The notes beneath the pieces were generated by a model, which was given only the letters and a program-made list of their open reading frames with translations, made no database searches and was not told the DNA's origin. A stretch of DNA of 32,387 bases, from contig DASURT010000146.1 of the NCBI GenBank assembly GCA_036375515.1, positions 1 through 32,387 on the forward strand. Direction: 5' to 3'. This stretch comes from Sphingomicrobium sp. (lineage in GTDB: Bacteria; Pseudomonadota; Alphaproteobacteria; Sphingomonadales; Sphingomonadaceae). The translations under genes and the position numbers were made by a program. The stretch's first letter is position 1. Every line of letters starts with the position of its first letter. This document shows positions 22,937-31,966 of this stretch, in pieces.

Positions 22937-23697
22937 CGCGGTTTTCTGAACTTGAAGACGGCGCGGTCGGTCTTCCCGCGGACCTTGGGATCGAACACCA
23001 GCAGGCTGTGGTCGTCGGACGGATTGCGCAACATCGGGCTGGTCGCGACGAGCACGAAGCCCGCCCGCCGGAAATCGCGCCTCACCACGTTGGGGTCGAT
23101 CCGGTGCAACTTCTCGACGGTGGCGCGCGTGTCATTGTTCGGCTTGGCCACATGGTCGACGACCCCGACGGTCGCGCCGGGCCTCATCGCCGCATAGAGC
23201 GTCTTGAGCCAGGCATTCGGATCCATGCGGACGACCTTCCGCTCCGCATTCTCCCAATAAACGTCGTGGTAGTCGAGGTTGATGATCGCGAAGTCGAACT
23301 TGTTCCTGGGCAGGTTCGGCGCCTCGAACGGACTCGAGATGAGCGTGACGTTCTTCTGCCGCGCGGCGAACTCGTCGAATCCCTTTTTCCGCTCGTCGTT
23401 GAGGAACTGACTTGCCTGCCACACGGTCACATGGCCGCTCGGGCCGATCGCGGGAGCCATGATCTCCGCCCAATATTTGTTCGCCCCGAACATATCGAGC
23501 ACCTGCATCCCCCGACGAAGCCCGAAGAACCGAAGCAGCTCGGCTGGCTTGCGCGACTCATCGAGCTTGACGTTGTCCGCGCTCCGGGACGGAAGGGCGA
23601 CCGCCACCGCAACGTCCGCGGGCCGCGCCGCGGAAGCCATTGCAAGCGGCGCCGAAGCGAGCGCCAGCGCGAGGATGACTGAACGGGACTTGCGCAT
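22933..23697 (-). CDS. Predicted exported class I SAM-dependent methyltransferase
   Basis: Start MRKSRS; signal peptide; D..RKP.ELL.F.GL..GM.VLD, YHD.Y, GVVDH and G.TDR.V.KFRKP motifs. Confidence 0.82.
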   Translation of the reverse strand: MRKSRSVILALALASAPLAMASAARPADVAVAVALPSRSADNVKLDESRKPAELLRFFGLRRGMQVLDMFGANKYWAEIMAPAIGPSGHVTVWQASQFLNDERKKGFDEFAARQKNVTLISSPFEAPNLPRNKFDFAIINLDYHDVYWENAERKVVRMDPNAWLKTLYAAMRPGATVGVVDHVAKPNNDTRATVEKLHRIDPNVVRRDFRRAGFVLVATSPMLRNPSDDHSLLVFDPKVRGKTDRAVFKFRKPR

Positions 23698-23841
23698 TGA
23701 AATTCCCCTTGATGGTGACCGCCGCCGCTGCATTCGCGTGAGAGCGCCGGACAACCCGCCTTCGACCAACAAACACCTTGGCGCGACCGGCGCGTTCGCG
23801 CTAGACCTGTCGCTCCGCCAGCCATGGATCGGGGGGTTCAT

Positions 23842-24594
23842 ATGGCCACGATCGTTGCATCGCCAGCCGACCGCAAGGCGTCCGAACGCCGCTTCTATTC
23901 GCGAATGGCTCTGTTCCTCGTCCTGCTCGTCCTGCTCGGCTTCGGCCCGAGCTTCTACTTCAGGGGCATCGTTCCGTCCTACCCGCGGCCAAACCCGACG
24001 CTGCCGCCCACGGTGATCCTGCACGGGCTGGTGTTCACTCTATGGATGTCGGCGATCGTCGCGCAGACCCAGCTAATCGCCGCGCGCAAGCACGACGTGC
24101 ACATGGCCCTGGGCAAGCTCACCATGTTGCTCGCGATCCTGATGGTGCCGGTCATGTACCTGACAGCGGCGTGGCAGGTCGCGCGCGCCAATCAGCCGCC
24201 CTTCACCGACCCCCTGACATGGACGATCGTGCCGCTTGCCGTGATCGTCCCGTTCGCCATTCTCGTGTGGCGGGGATGGACCCACCGCCGCAATGCGCAG
24301 TGGCACAAGCGCTATCTGCTCGGCGCCGCGATCCTGGTGGTCATGGGACCATCGATCGGCCGGCTGCCGATCGCCCCGCCGACGATTGGCGGCTTCACCT
24401 TCGTCTTCCTGCTCGGACTGCTGTTGTTTGTGCCGTTGTTCATCTGGGACCGGCGCACGCAGGGCCACATCCATCCGGCGACGAGCCTGGGCTTCGCAAT
24501 GGCCGTGATCTCGGTCGCGATCCCGCTTGCGATATTCTGGACCGGCGCCGACTGGGCGAGCGTCGCGCGGCATTTGCCGGGGGTTGGGGCTTAG
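23842..24594 (+). CDS. Hypothetical multi-pass membrane protein
   Basis: About 7 hydrophobic helices with His motifs (LHG, VHM.LG, HKR, IHP); ATG follows GGGGGG. Confidence 0.8.
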   Translation: MATIVASPADRKASERRFYSRMALFLVLLVLLGFGPSFYFRGIVPSYPRPNPTLPPTVILHGLVFTLWMSAIVAQTQLIAARKHDVHMALGKLTMLLAILMVPVMYLTAAWQVARANQPPFTDPLTWTIVPLAVIVPFAILVWRGWTHRRNAQWHKRYLLGAAILVVMGPSIGRLPIAPPTIGGFTFVFLLGLLLFVPLFIWDRRTQGHIHPATSLGFAMAVISVAIPLAIFWTGADWASVARHLPGVGA

Positions 24595-25406
24595 GCCCCT
24601 ACGAAACTGACGTCGGCAATCTCGATGCTGCGCATCGGCTTACCGTCGATGTCCAACGCCGGCGAATAGCGGACCCGCTTCAGGATGATCTTGCACGTCA
24701 CATCGTCCAATGCCTTGCTCCCACTGCTGGAAATTACGTCGCACTTGCTGACCGCTCCCGATGTCTCGACCAGCATGCGCGAACGGACCCTACCTTCTTC
24801 GCCCTTATTAAGGGCCGCAGACGGGTAATCGTCCGATGTAAAGTAAGCGCCGAGCGTCTCTTTCAGTGGCTTCGCAGGAGTCTTGAATCTTGCCTGCAGC
24901 TTCACCGGGATACCCCAGGTAGCGAGCAAATCCGCTCTGCACGCATCGAGCACTTTCCAAGCTGACCTAAACCCGGGCACTGAGAAACCGACGTTCACCA
25001 AGCGTCGACCATTGATCGTGATTGATTTGGCATCAAGTGTGCGCTCAAGATGCTCGCGCTCGATCGTGAAGTTTATTCGGACGAGTTCTTTGCTTTGCAC
25101 GCCATAGGCAAACGCGTCAGTTTCGATCACCAGTCGGAGCGGTTCGAACCGTAGCTTTGCCGGTTGCTTTGCTAAATCGTCGAACTTTCCGGGCCTGAGG
25201 ACGATCAGGCTAATTCGGTCACCCATCGCCGACGGCTCGAAGATGAGTGCGAAAGGCTTGTCAGGAGTTCCGTAGTCTCGCGAGAGAATGCACTGACTCT
25301 CGGCGAAGTTGACCACCCATTTTCCAGTCGGCTGCCTGATCTCGGGAGCATCCGTAGCGGTTGTCGACAGTGCAACGGCAATGATGGCAAGAACGCGGGC
25401 GATCAT
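24591..25406 (-). CDS. Energy transducer TonB C-terminal domain protein
   Basis: Signal peptide; C-terminal DDYP..AL..GEEG.V......G.VS.C.VI.SSG..ALD..TC......RY.PA.D.DGKP. Confidence 0.82.
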   Translation of the reverse strand: MIARVLAIIAVALSTTATDAPEIRQPTGKWVVNFAESQCILSRDYGTPDKPFALIFEPSAMGDRISLIVLRPGKFDDLAKQPAKLRFEPLRLVIETDAFAYGVQSKELVRINFTIEREHLERTLDAKSITINGRRLVNVGFSVPGFRSAWKVLDACRADLLATWGIPVKLQARFKTPAKPLKETLGAYFTSDDYPSAALNKGEEGRVRSRMLVETSGAVSKCDVISSSGSKALDDVTCKIILKRVRYSPALDIDGKPMRSIEIADVSFVGA

Positions 25407-25450
25407 CCGAAACTTCCTCAAGGATTTGGCCCGAGCAGTCGTCAGCGTAC

Positions 25451-27034
25451 CTAGGCCGCTCCCACCTTTTCAGTCGCTTTCTCCTTCGCCATCGCGGCGA
25501 CCAGCTTCAGCGCCTCGTGCGCGGAGAGCGCCGCGCCTTCCTGCCACAGGCCGACATAGGAGAGGTGTTCGCCCGCGAATACGATAGGCCCTTCGGGGCG
25601 CAGCAGCTCCTGATAGCGCGCACCGCGGTGAGCGCCCGGCGCTGACTCGTCGAAGTCCGGCCCGATCGCGCCGGCGCCTTCCGACCAGGGAACTCGACCC
25701 CAGTCCACGGCCATCGGGCTTTCAAGCCATCGCGACTTGCCAGGGTGCAGAGCTTCGATGGAGTCACGGCTGATCCGGATCTGTTCTTCGATCGGCAGCC
25801 CGACGAACGCCTCCGGAGTGTCGCGGCGCGTCCAGCCTGCGCAATAAGCCCCCACGATCACGCCTCGATCCGCGTGAAAGGTGTCGCTCGGGTAAATGAC
25901 GTTCTCGTTCAGGCGGTCGGTCCAGGCGAGTCCGCCGTAAATACCGTCGCCTTCCCAAAAGCGGGGAGCCTCGAACGCCACCTTGGCGCTTTTCAGATAG
26001 GACACATCCCTCAGCGCGGCTTTCTTCGCGGGCGAGAAGTCGCTGGGAATCCTGCTCAGGAGGTTTGCCGGCAGCGTGCAGACACAATAGTCCGCACGCG
26101 TCGCGCCGCTTCGATGTTCGATGCGCACGCCCGCCCCTTCCCGGCGGATCGCGGTGACGGGTTCATTGAGCCGTACCGACCGCTTGATTTGGTCGTAAAT
26201 CGCATGGGCGATTCGGTCCATGCCGCCGACCGGCTGGAGCATGGTCGGCTGCATGTCGATGATCGCCTCAAAAATGTAGGACTCTCCCCGAGTGGCGGGG
26301 AGCATTTCCCTCATCGTCAGCGGGTCCAGCGGCTTGCCCGGCTTGTCGTATCCGCCGCGCGGTTCGGAAAAACCCGACGACGGCAGCGCCGGCAGCCGAC
26401 CCTGGCTGTCGAGGCCGCCATAGGTTTCAAGGAAGCTCCGGAACGCAACCAGCTCGTCTTTGGGCATCGCTTGATCGAGCGCGCGCTGGTCGATGGCCTT
26501 GGCGAGCAGCTCGGCCATTCGGCCATGCATGTCGTTGACCATCTGCCGGCCGCGGTGAACCCTGCCGCCGAAGTCCCAGCCGGTCGCCATGTCGCTATTG
26601 ACGAACGTCTCCAGGGGCACGCCAAAGCGCCTGGCGTAGCCGAGGATCGCGGCGTGGGACGACGGGATCCGGGCGGGCCCGGCATTGAAATACAGGCCGT
26701 CGGACAATTGCGCCCGCTGTCTCGGGCGATCGATCAGCTGGATGGAGTCGTTGCCTCGGATGGTCCAGGCGCGGCCGCCGATCCGGTCGCGCGCTTCGAG
26801 GACGGTGACGCGATAGCCCGCCCGGCTCAGCTCGTACGCCGAAACAAGCCCCGCGATTCCCGCACCGAGAATCACGACGGAGCGGCCGTCCCCGCTCGAC
26901 CGCGGAAGCCGGAAATCTTCCGCGCCGGCCGGTGTCGGAATGGCGAGCCCCAGCGTCTCCATGGCGAGATAGGCGGCCCCTGCCCCTCCAACCGCCCCGA
27001 TCCGCTCGAGCAATGCGCGCCGCGTGAGTGCCAT
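25451..27034 (-). CDS. Flavin monoamine oxidase / L-amino-acid oxidase family, with twin-arginine-like leader
   Basis: MALTRRALL leader; GAGIAGL..A..L...GY.VTVLEARDRIGGR, GPARIP, GGMD.I and FAGEH...WQEGA motifs. Confidence 0.9.
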   Translation of the reverse strand: MALTRRALLERIGAVGGAGAAYLAMETLGLAIPTPAGAEDFRLPRSSGDGRSVVILGAGIAGLVSAYELSRAGYRVTVLEARDRIGGRAWTIRGNDSIQLIDRPRQRAQLSDGLYFNAGPARIPSSHAAILGYARRFGVPLETFVNSDMATGWDFGGRVHRGRQMVNDMHGRMAELLAKAIDQRALDQAMPKDELVAFRSFLETYGGLDSQGRLPALPSSGFSEPRGGYDKPGKPLDPLTMREMLPATRGESYIFEAIIDMQPTMLQPVGGMDRIAHAIYDQIKRSVRLNEPVTAIRREGAGVRIEHRSGATRADYCVCTLPANLLSRIPSDFSPAKKAALRDVSYLKSAKVAFEAPRFWEGDGIYGGLAWTDRLNENVIYPSDTFHADRGVIVGAYCAGWTRRDTPEAFVGLPIEEQIRISRDSIEALHPGKSRWLESPMAVDWGRVPWSEGAGAIGPDFDESAPGAHRGARYQELLRPEGPIVFAGEHLSYVGLWQEGAALSAHEALKLVAAMAKEKATEKVGAA

Positions 27035-27182
27035 CAGCCCCCTCCCCCGATTTCCGGCAGCGGCAAACTGACAGCAATTCGGGGGCCAAGCCCAGAAAAT
27101 TCGACCGGCGGCCCGCATCGCCTGACGGTTTCAAGCGTTCAAAGGCGCGAATTGAACCACCTCGGATTTTCCGCGGTGGGGC

Positions 27183-27217
27183 GCGGGGCGGCTCTTCGGC
27201 CAGCGGAGCCGCCCCGC
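27183..27217. terminator. Strong hairpin downstream of folE
   Basis: Perfect 12-bp stem GCGGGGCGGCTC/GAGCCGCCCCGC with an 11-nt loop; no U-tract. Confidence 0.5.
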
Positions 27218-27310
27218 TGTCGCGATCAGGCCGCGAACAGCAATTTGACGTGATTGCGGAAGAGCCGCGTCTGCCGGCCCATCAGGGTTCGATCCTGCAG
27301 CGAGCTCGCG

Positions 27311-27937
27311 CTAATAGCCCATCAGCGCCAGCACCTCGCGGCGGCTGCGTTCGTCCTCGCGGAAGGTGCCCATCATTCGACTCGTCGACATGATCACTCC
27401 GGGCGTGTTGACGCCGCGAGCGGTCATGCAGGCATGCGTGGCCTCGACAATGACGGCGACGCCCTTGGGCTGGAGATGCTTCCAGATCGTGTCGGCGACT
27501 TGCGCAGTCAGCCGCTCCTGGACCTGGAGGCGGCGCGCGAAGCCGTGAAGCACGCGGGCAAGCTTGCTGATCCCGACCACCTTGTCGCGCGGCAGGTAGG
27601 CGATCGACGCCTTGCCGATGATCGGCGCCATGTGGTGCTCGCAGTGCGACTGGAACGGGATGTCCTTCAGAAGCACGATCTCGTCATAGCCGCCGACCTC
27701 CTCGAAGGTCCGGCTCAAGTGGATGGCCGGGTCCTCGGCATAGCCGCGGGCATATTCGCGCCAGGCGCGCGCCACGCGACGCGGTGTGTCGAGCAGCCCT
27801 TCCCGGTCGGGGTCGTCGCCCGTCCACCGGATCAGGGTCCGGATGGCCTCGCTGACCTCCGGCGGAATCTCGCACGTCGGCGCGGATTCGACGAGGTCGC
27901 CGTCCTCGGGCTCGCCGTGCTCAAATGGAGGGTTCAT
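27311..27937 (-). CDS. folE: GTP cyclohydrolase I
   Basis: GDDP.REGL.DTP.RV, SHCEHH, GISKLAR....FARRLQVQERLT and H.CM..RGV motifs. Confidence 0.96.
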   Translation of the reverse strand: MNPPFEHGEPEDGDLVESAPTCEIPPEVSEAIRTLIRWTGDDPDREGLLDTPRRVARAWREYARGYAEDPAIHLSRTFEEVGGYDEIVLLKDIPFQSHCEHHMAPIIGKASIAYLPRDKVVGISKLARVLHGFARRLQVQERLTAQVADTIWKHLQPKGVAVIVEATHACMTARGVNTPGVIMSTSRMMGTFREDERSRREVLALMGY

Positions 27938-29255
27938 GTTCCAACTCCCTCGCAATGTCCTCCGCGACCGCCGCCGCTTGCTCCCGAATGTCCGGCACCG
28001 CAATGATTTCCCAATATCGCCCCTTTGTTAGAGGCCCGAGCGCCCACACGCGTTCCCCGGGCTCGGCGCGCGAGCGGTCGTCGACTTCGAGACCGATTCC
28101 GAGATGGTCGGGCCGGACCTGCCCGGCGTCGAGCAGGCTGCGGAGCAAAGGGTCACGCGTGCGGCCAATCGAATGCAGTGGACCGGTGCAGTTGAAGGCG
28201 TAGGCGAAGCGCATGACCTGCGAGGTCGAGGCGCCGCGCCGGCGGATCGTGACCTCAAGCTCGTCGCCGCTCCGCTGCGTCGTGACGACCCGTCCGGCGA
28301 CGATCTCGAGCCGCCCTTCGCCGATCATTCGGGCGACGGTCTGCGCGACGTCCGGGGCAATCCGGTGGCGGTGGACATCCCACCAGGGGCGCGCGTGGCG
28401 CAGGAAGCGTCGCTGCCGCTCGGGATCGAGGCTCTGCCACAACGCCTGGCTGTGCGGGCGGAGGCTGTCGACCGCGGCGCGCCAGCCGACCCGCGCCGAA
28501 CGCTCGCGCAACCAGCGCCAAAGCGCACGGAGGTCGCCGGCCGGAAGGTCCGCCGCGTCGACGGGTGCCGGATCGAAATCGGCGTGCGCGCGCGGGATCT
28601 GCCCGCGGCGCGCCAGCGCGACGATGCGCCCGCGGTGTCCGGCCGCGTCGAGCGACAGCGCGAGGTCGACCATCGTCAGGCCGGTACCGACGAGCAACGC
28701 GCTGCCGCCGTTTGCGGACAATTCCTCGACGGCGTTCCGCGCGTCGGGGCCCCACGGGTTGGCGATGTACCGGTCGCCGGCGCCGGCAAGCGCGCTCAGC
28801 GGCTCGGGCTCCTGGTTGCCGATCGCGAGCACGAGCGCGCGGGCCCGGATCGGATCGCCTCCATCGAGCTCCACCAGCCAGCCATCGTCGTTCGTCGCGC
28901 GCGTGGCCGACGACTCGACCACGCTGACGCTTCCGCTGCCGACCGCCTCGTCGAGAATTTCGCCGAGATAGCGCGCGAACAGTCGCCGCTCGGCGAAGCC
29001 GCCGGGATCGCCGCCTTCCTCTTCGAAGCGCCGCGCGAAATGGTCGGGCTCGCCGGCCCAGGCGCTCATGCCTTCCGCGCGAACATTGAGCAGATGTGCG
29101 GGCTCGCGCGTCGAATAAGCCACGCCTCGGCCGATCCGTCCGCTGCCGTCGATCAGGGCCGACGATATGCCGTGACGGGCAAGCTGCGCTGCAAGGATGG
29201 TCCCGGAAAAGCCGCCACCGATGATCGCGACCGGGAACTCCCGGTCAGATTTCAT
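27921..29255 (-). CDS. FAD/NAD(P)-binding protein (YdhS-like)
   Basis: IIGGGFSG, GRGVAYST....HLLNV, GTGLTMVD, WDVHRHR.AP, NCTG and GP.T.G..WE..AVP.IR.QA motifs. Confidence 0.88.
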   Translation of the reverse strand: MKSDREFPVAIIGGGFSGTILAAQLARHGISSALIDGSGRIGRGVAYSTREPAHLLNVRAEGMSAWAGEPDHFARRFEEEGGDPGGFAERRLFARYLGEILDEAVGSGSVSVVESSATRATNDDGWLVELDGGDPIRARALVLAIGNQEPEPLSALAGAGDRYIANPWGPDARNAVEELSANGGSALLVGTGLTMVDLALSLDAAGHRGRIVALARRGQIPRAHADFDPAPVDAADLPAGDLRALWRWLRERSARVGWRAAVDSLRPHSQALWQSLDPERQRRFLRHARPWWDVHRHRIAPDVAQTVARMIGEGRLEIVAGRVVTTQRSGDELEVTIRRRGASTSQVMRFAYAFNCTGPLHSIGRTRDPLLRSLLDAGQVRPDHLGIGLEVDDRSRAEPGERVWALGPLTKGRYWEIIAVPDIREQAAAVAEDIARELEHEPSI

Positions 29256-29535
29256 AGTCCGGCCAATCGTTCGGGTTCGCCGAGTCGGCCTTACGGCTCT
29301 GAATGTGATCGTAGATTCGCGTTACGGTGCGTCCGGCCGTCTCGGTGAACCAGCCGGGGACCGCCGCGTGAACGATCGCCGCGCAGCCCGCGCCGACCAA
29401 CTCGAGACCGATCTTGACGGCACCCGTTGCGTGGCCTGCCCATGTCATGCCGAGCGAGCGCGGATGCTCACGGAACAGGCGGTCGACCACGCTGTGCTGC
29501 CTTGTTCCGCGGTTCTGCCGGTTGGTCGTCGCCAT
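29245..29535 (-). CDS. DUF6356-like small protein
   Basis: LF.EHP.S.G.T...H......G..L..AG.A..VHA.VP..F..TA pattern; overlaps the start of the downstream gene. Confidence 0.75.
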   Translation of the reverse strand: MATTNRQNRGTRQHSVVDRLFREHPRSLGMTWAGHATGAVKIGLELVGAGCAAIVHAAVPGWFTETAGRTVTRIYDHIQSRKADSANPNDWPDYEI

Positions 29536-29554
29536 CGCCCTGCCCTGTATAACG

Positions 29555-29631
29555 TGGCGACCCCGACAGGATTCGAACCTGTGGCCCTCAGATTAGGAAT
29601 CTGATGCTCTATCCTGCTGAGCTACGGGGTC
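29555..29631 (-). tRNA. tRNA-Arg (anticodon CCT)
   Basis: GACCCCG acceptor stem, TAGCTCAG..GGATAGAGC D arm, TCAGA-TTCCTAA-TCTGA anticodon arm, GGTTCGAATCC T arm and encoded CCA. Confidence 0.97.
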
Positions 29632-29668
29632 GCGCGTCCAGGACGAATAGGGATTAGGGCGCGTCCGA

Positions 29669-30070
29669 TCAATTCACCTGGTTGGGCGGGACCACCGGAA
29701 GCGGCAGCGGAGCGACCGGAACGCCGTCTTCGATCAAGGATTTCGCCTGTTCCAGCGTCGCCTTGCCGTGGACCCGCTCCTGTTCAATCTCGCCGCAGTG
29801 CATGGCTCGCGCCGTGTCCGCGAATTTGTCGCCGACCCAGCGCGAATCCTTGAGCAGCTCCGTCTGGACCGCCGCGAGGCGGACGAGCGGCTCGCCCGAT
29901 CCCTTGCGCGGCAGCCGCGGAGCCATCGGCGCCTTGGCGATATTGCCGGACTGGCAGAACGGGCACTGGACCAGGCCGGCCGCCCGTTGCTCGTCATAAT
30001 CCGAGCTCGAGCGGAACCACGCCTCGAACGTCTCGCCCCCATCGCGGCAGTGAAGATCGAATACGATCAT
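29669..30070 (-). CDS. DUF1178 family protein
   Basis: MIVFDL.C....FEAWF.SS.DYD.Q...GLV.CP.C....I.KA.MAP and VG..FA..AR.MH.GE motifs. Confidence 0.9.
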   Translation of the reverse strand: MIVFDLHCRDGGETFEAWFRSSSDYDEQRAAGLVQCPFCQSGNIAKAPMAPRLPRKGSGEPLVRLAAVQTELLKDSRWVGDKFADTARAMHCGEIEQERVHGKATLEQAKSLIEDGVPVAPLPLPVVPPNQVN

Positions 30071-30894
30071 ATCGTCACCGCCTCCGGGATAGGCCGGCGG
30101 TGGTTAAGCGCGGGTATCCGCGAGCGCACCTCGGGGATGCGCGCGAGGTCGATGTCGGCGAAGCCGATGCCCCTCTCCTCTCCCATGTCGAGCAGGACCT
30201 CGCCCCACGGATCGACGACCAGCGAATGGCCGAAGGTCTGCCGGCCGTCCTCGTGCCGCCCGACTTGCGCCGCGGCAACGACGAACACCCCGGCCTCGAT
30301 CGCGCGTGCGCGGAGTAGGATGTGCCAGTGGGCGCGTCCGGTCGGCACGGTGAATGCGGCCGGGACGGCGATCACGTCGGCGTCGGACTCGGCGATCCGC
30401 GCGAACAGGGCCGGGAAGCGCAGGTCGTAGCAAATGGTGAGCCCGAGCTTTCCGACCGGTGTGCCGTTCACCAGCACCGCGCCGTGCCCAGCCTGGTACG
30501 TCGCGGATTCTCGCCAGCTCTCGCCCGTCGGCAGGTCGACATCGAACAAGTGAATCTTGTCGTAGCGTGCGCGAATGTTCCCCGTCCGGTCGATGACGAA
30601 GCCGCGATTCGCGACCTTGCCGCCATCGGCCAGGACCGCCAGCGAGCCCAGGTGAAGCCAGAGACCGTGCTCGCGTGCGGCTTCGCGGCAGGCGGCAAGA
30701 ACCGGTTCCTCCTCCTCGACCCGAAGATTGTGGGAGGCGCGTTCCGAATCGCGATCGAGCAGTCCGGACATTTCGGGCGTGAACAGCATCGTCGCTCCGC
30801 CCTGGGCGGCCTCCGCGATCGCCTCGACCAGCGCCTCCGCATTCGCCGCAGGGTCGATTCCGGTGTTCGACTGGAAGAGCGCGACCCGGGTCAT
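30067..30894 (-). CDS. Carbon-nitrogen hydrolase (Nit1 / deaminated-glutathione amidase-like)
   Basis: Start MTRVALFQ (ATGA overlap with grxC); triad motifs FTPE, YDKIHLFDV and ICYDLRFP; TG.AHW..LLRARAIE. Confidence 0.92.
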   Translation of the reverse strand: MTRVALFQSNTGIDPAANAEALVEAIAEAAQGGATMLFTPEMSGLLDRDSERASHNLRVEEEEPVLAACREAAREHGLWLHLGSLAVLADGGKVANRGFVIDRTGNIRARYDKIHLFDVDLPTGESWRESATYQAGHGAVLVNGTPVGKLGLTICYDLRFPALFARIAESDADVIAVPAAFTVPTGRAHWHILLRARAIEAGVFVVAAAQVGRHEDGRQTFGHSLVVDPWGEVLLDMGEERGIGFADIDLARIPEVRSRIPALNHRRPIPEAVTI

Positions 30895-31148
30895 GCGGCC
30901 AACAGCTCGTCCAGCCGGCCGCCCCGCTCGAGCGCGAAGAGGTCGTCGCACCCGCCGATGTGCCGGCCGGCAATAAAAATTTGCGGCACGGTCGTGCGCC
31001 CGTTCGCGCGCTGGATCATCGAATCCCTTTCCGGTCCGCCGAAATCCACGACGATCTCCTTGTACTCGACGCCCTTCGTTTCGAGGAGATGTTTCGCGCG
31101 CCAGCAATAACCACAGGTGGTCTTCACATAGATCTCGACGCTCGGCAC
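30891..31148 (-). CDS. grxC: Glutaredoxin 3
   Basis: CGYC active site, TVPQIFI and GGCDDL..L...G.LD.LL motifs. Confidence 0.95.
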   Translation of the reverse strand: MPSVEIYVKTTCGYCWRAKHLLETKGVEYKEIVVDFGGPERDSMIQRANGRTTVPQIFIAGRHIGGCDDLFALERGGRLDELLAA

Positions 31149-31184
31149 AAAAACTCCTTCCGGCGTAATACTTAGGCGCGGATT

Positions 31185-31922
31185 TTAGCCCATCAACCGC
31201 GAAGGCCCCACAACCCGCGCCCAGCTGATCAGCTCGACCCGGACGGCTCCGGCGCGCTTCAAGGTCCGGGCGCAGGCTTCCGCGGTGCTTCCCGTGGTAA
31301 GGACGTCATCGACAAGAATGATCGTCTTCCCCTCGACGGCCGACCTGTCGGCCACCCTGAACGCTCCCGACACCGTCTTGCGCCGCTGGAGCGGGCTCAT
31401 GCCCTTGAGCGGTGGAGTGCGCTTCGACCGTCGCAGCAAGAGCGGATCGGCCTTGATCTTCAGCCGGCGCGAAAGCTCCCGCGCGATCAACGCGGACTGG
31501 TTGAACCCACGCCTCCATAGCCGGGTCCGGTGCAGCGGCACGGGCACCAGCACCCGCTCCGAACCGTCCGCGGCGACGAGCGGCGCCATGTAGCGCGCCA
31601 TGGTCCGGGCGATCGCGACCTTGCGGCCATATTTGAGGCGGATCGCGAGGCCGCGCGAGATATCGTCATAGGCGACCGCTGCCCGCGACCTCGCGATTCG
31701 CGGCGGACGAGCGAGGCAAGCGCCGCACGTTTCGAGATCGGTCGCCTGCAGTGGCAGCCCGCATGTCGAGCAACCGCCGTTGCCGAGAAAGTCGATCTGC
31801 TTCCAGCAGTCCGGGCAGAAGCTGTGGGGATCACCGACGACGGTTCCGCATGCCGGGCAGCGCGGGGGAAGCGCGAAATCGAGGATCGAGCGGGCGCAGC
31901 TGCGAAACAGGCTGGCAATCAT
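31185..31922 (-). CDS. comF: ComF family protein (double zinc ribbon + PRTase domain)
   Basis: Four CxxC pairs, LKYG, VPVPLH..RL..RGFNQS and LVDDVLTTGST; start reassigned to MIASL. Confidence 0.9.
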   Translation of the reverse strand: MIASLFRSCARSILDFALPPRCPACGTVVGDPHSFCPDCWKQIDFLGNGGCSTCGLPLQATDLETCGACLARPPRIARSRAAVAYDDISRGLAIRLKYGRKVAIARTMARYMAPLVAADGSERVLVPVPLHRTRLWRRGFNQSALIARELSRRLKIKADPLLLRRSKRTPPLKGMSPLQRRKTVSGAFRVADRSAVEGKTIILVDDVLTTGSTAEACARTLKRAGAVRVELISWARVVGPSRLMG

Positions 31923-31966
31923 GCGGCATCTTGTCGCGTGAGACGTGCCATCGCACAAGCTCCAGC

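Noticed and set aside
29555-29631. tRNA-Arg as an island attachment site
   Set aside because: No repeat of the tRNA 3' end was noticed and no mobility genes lie downstream.
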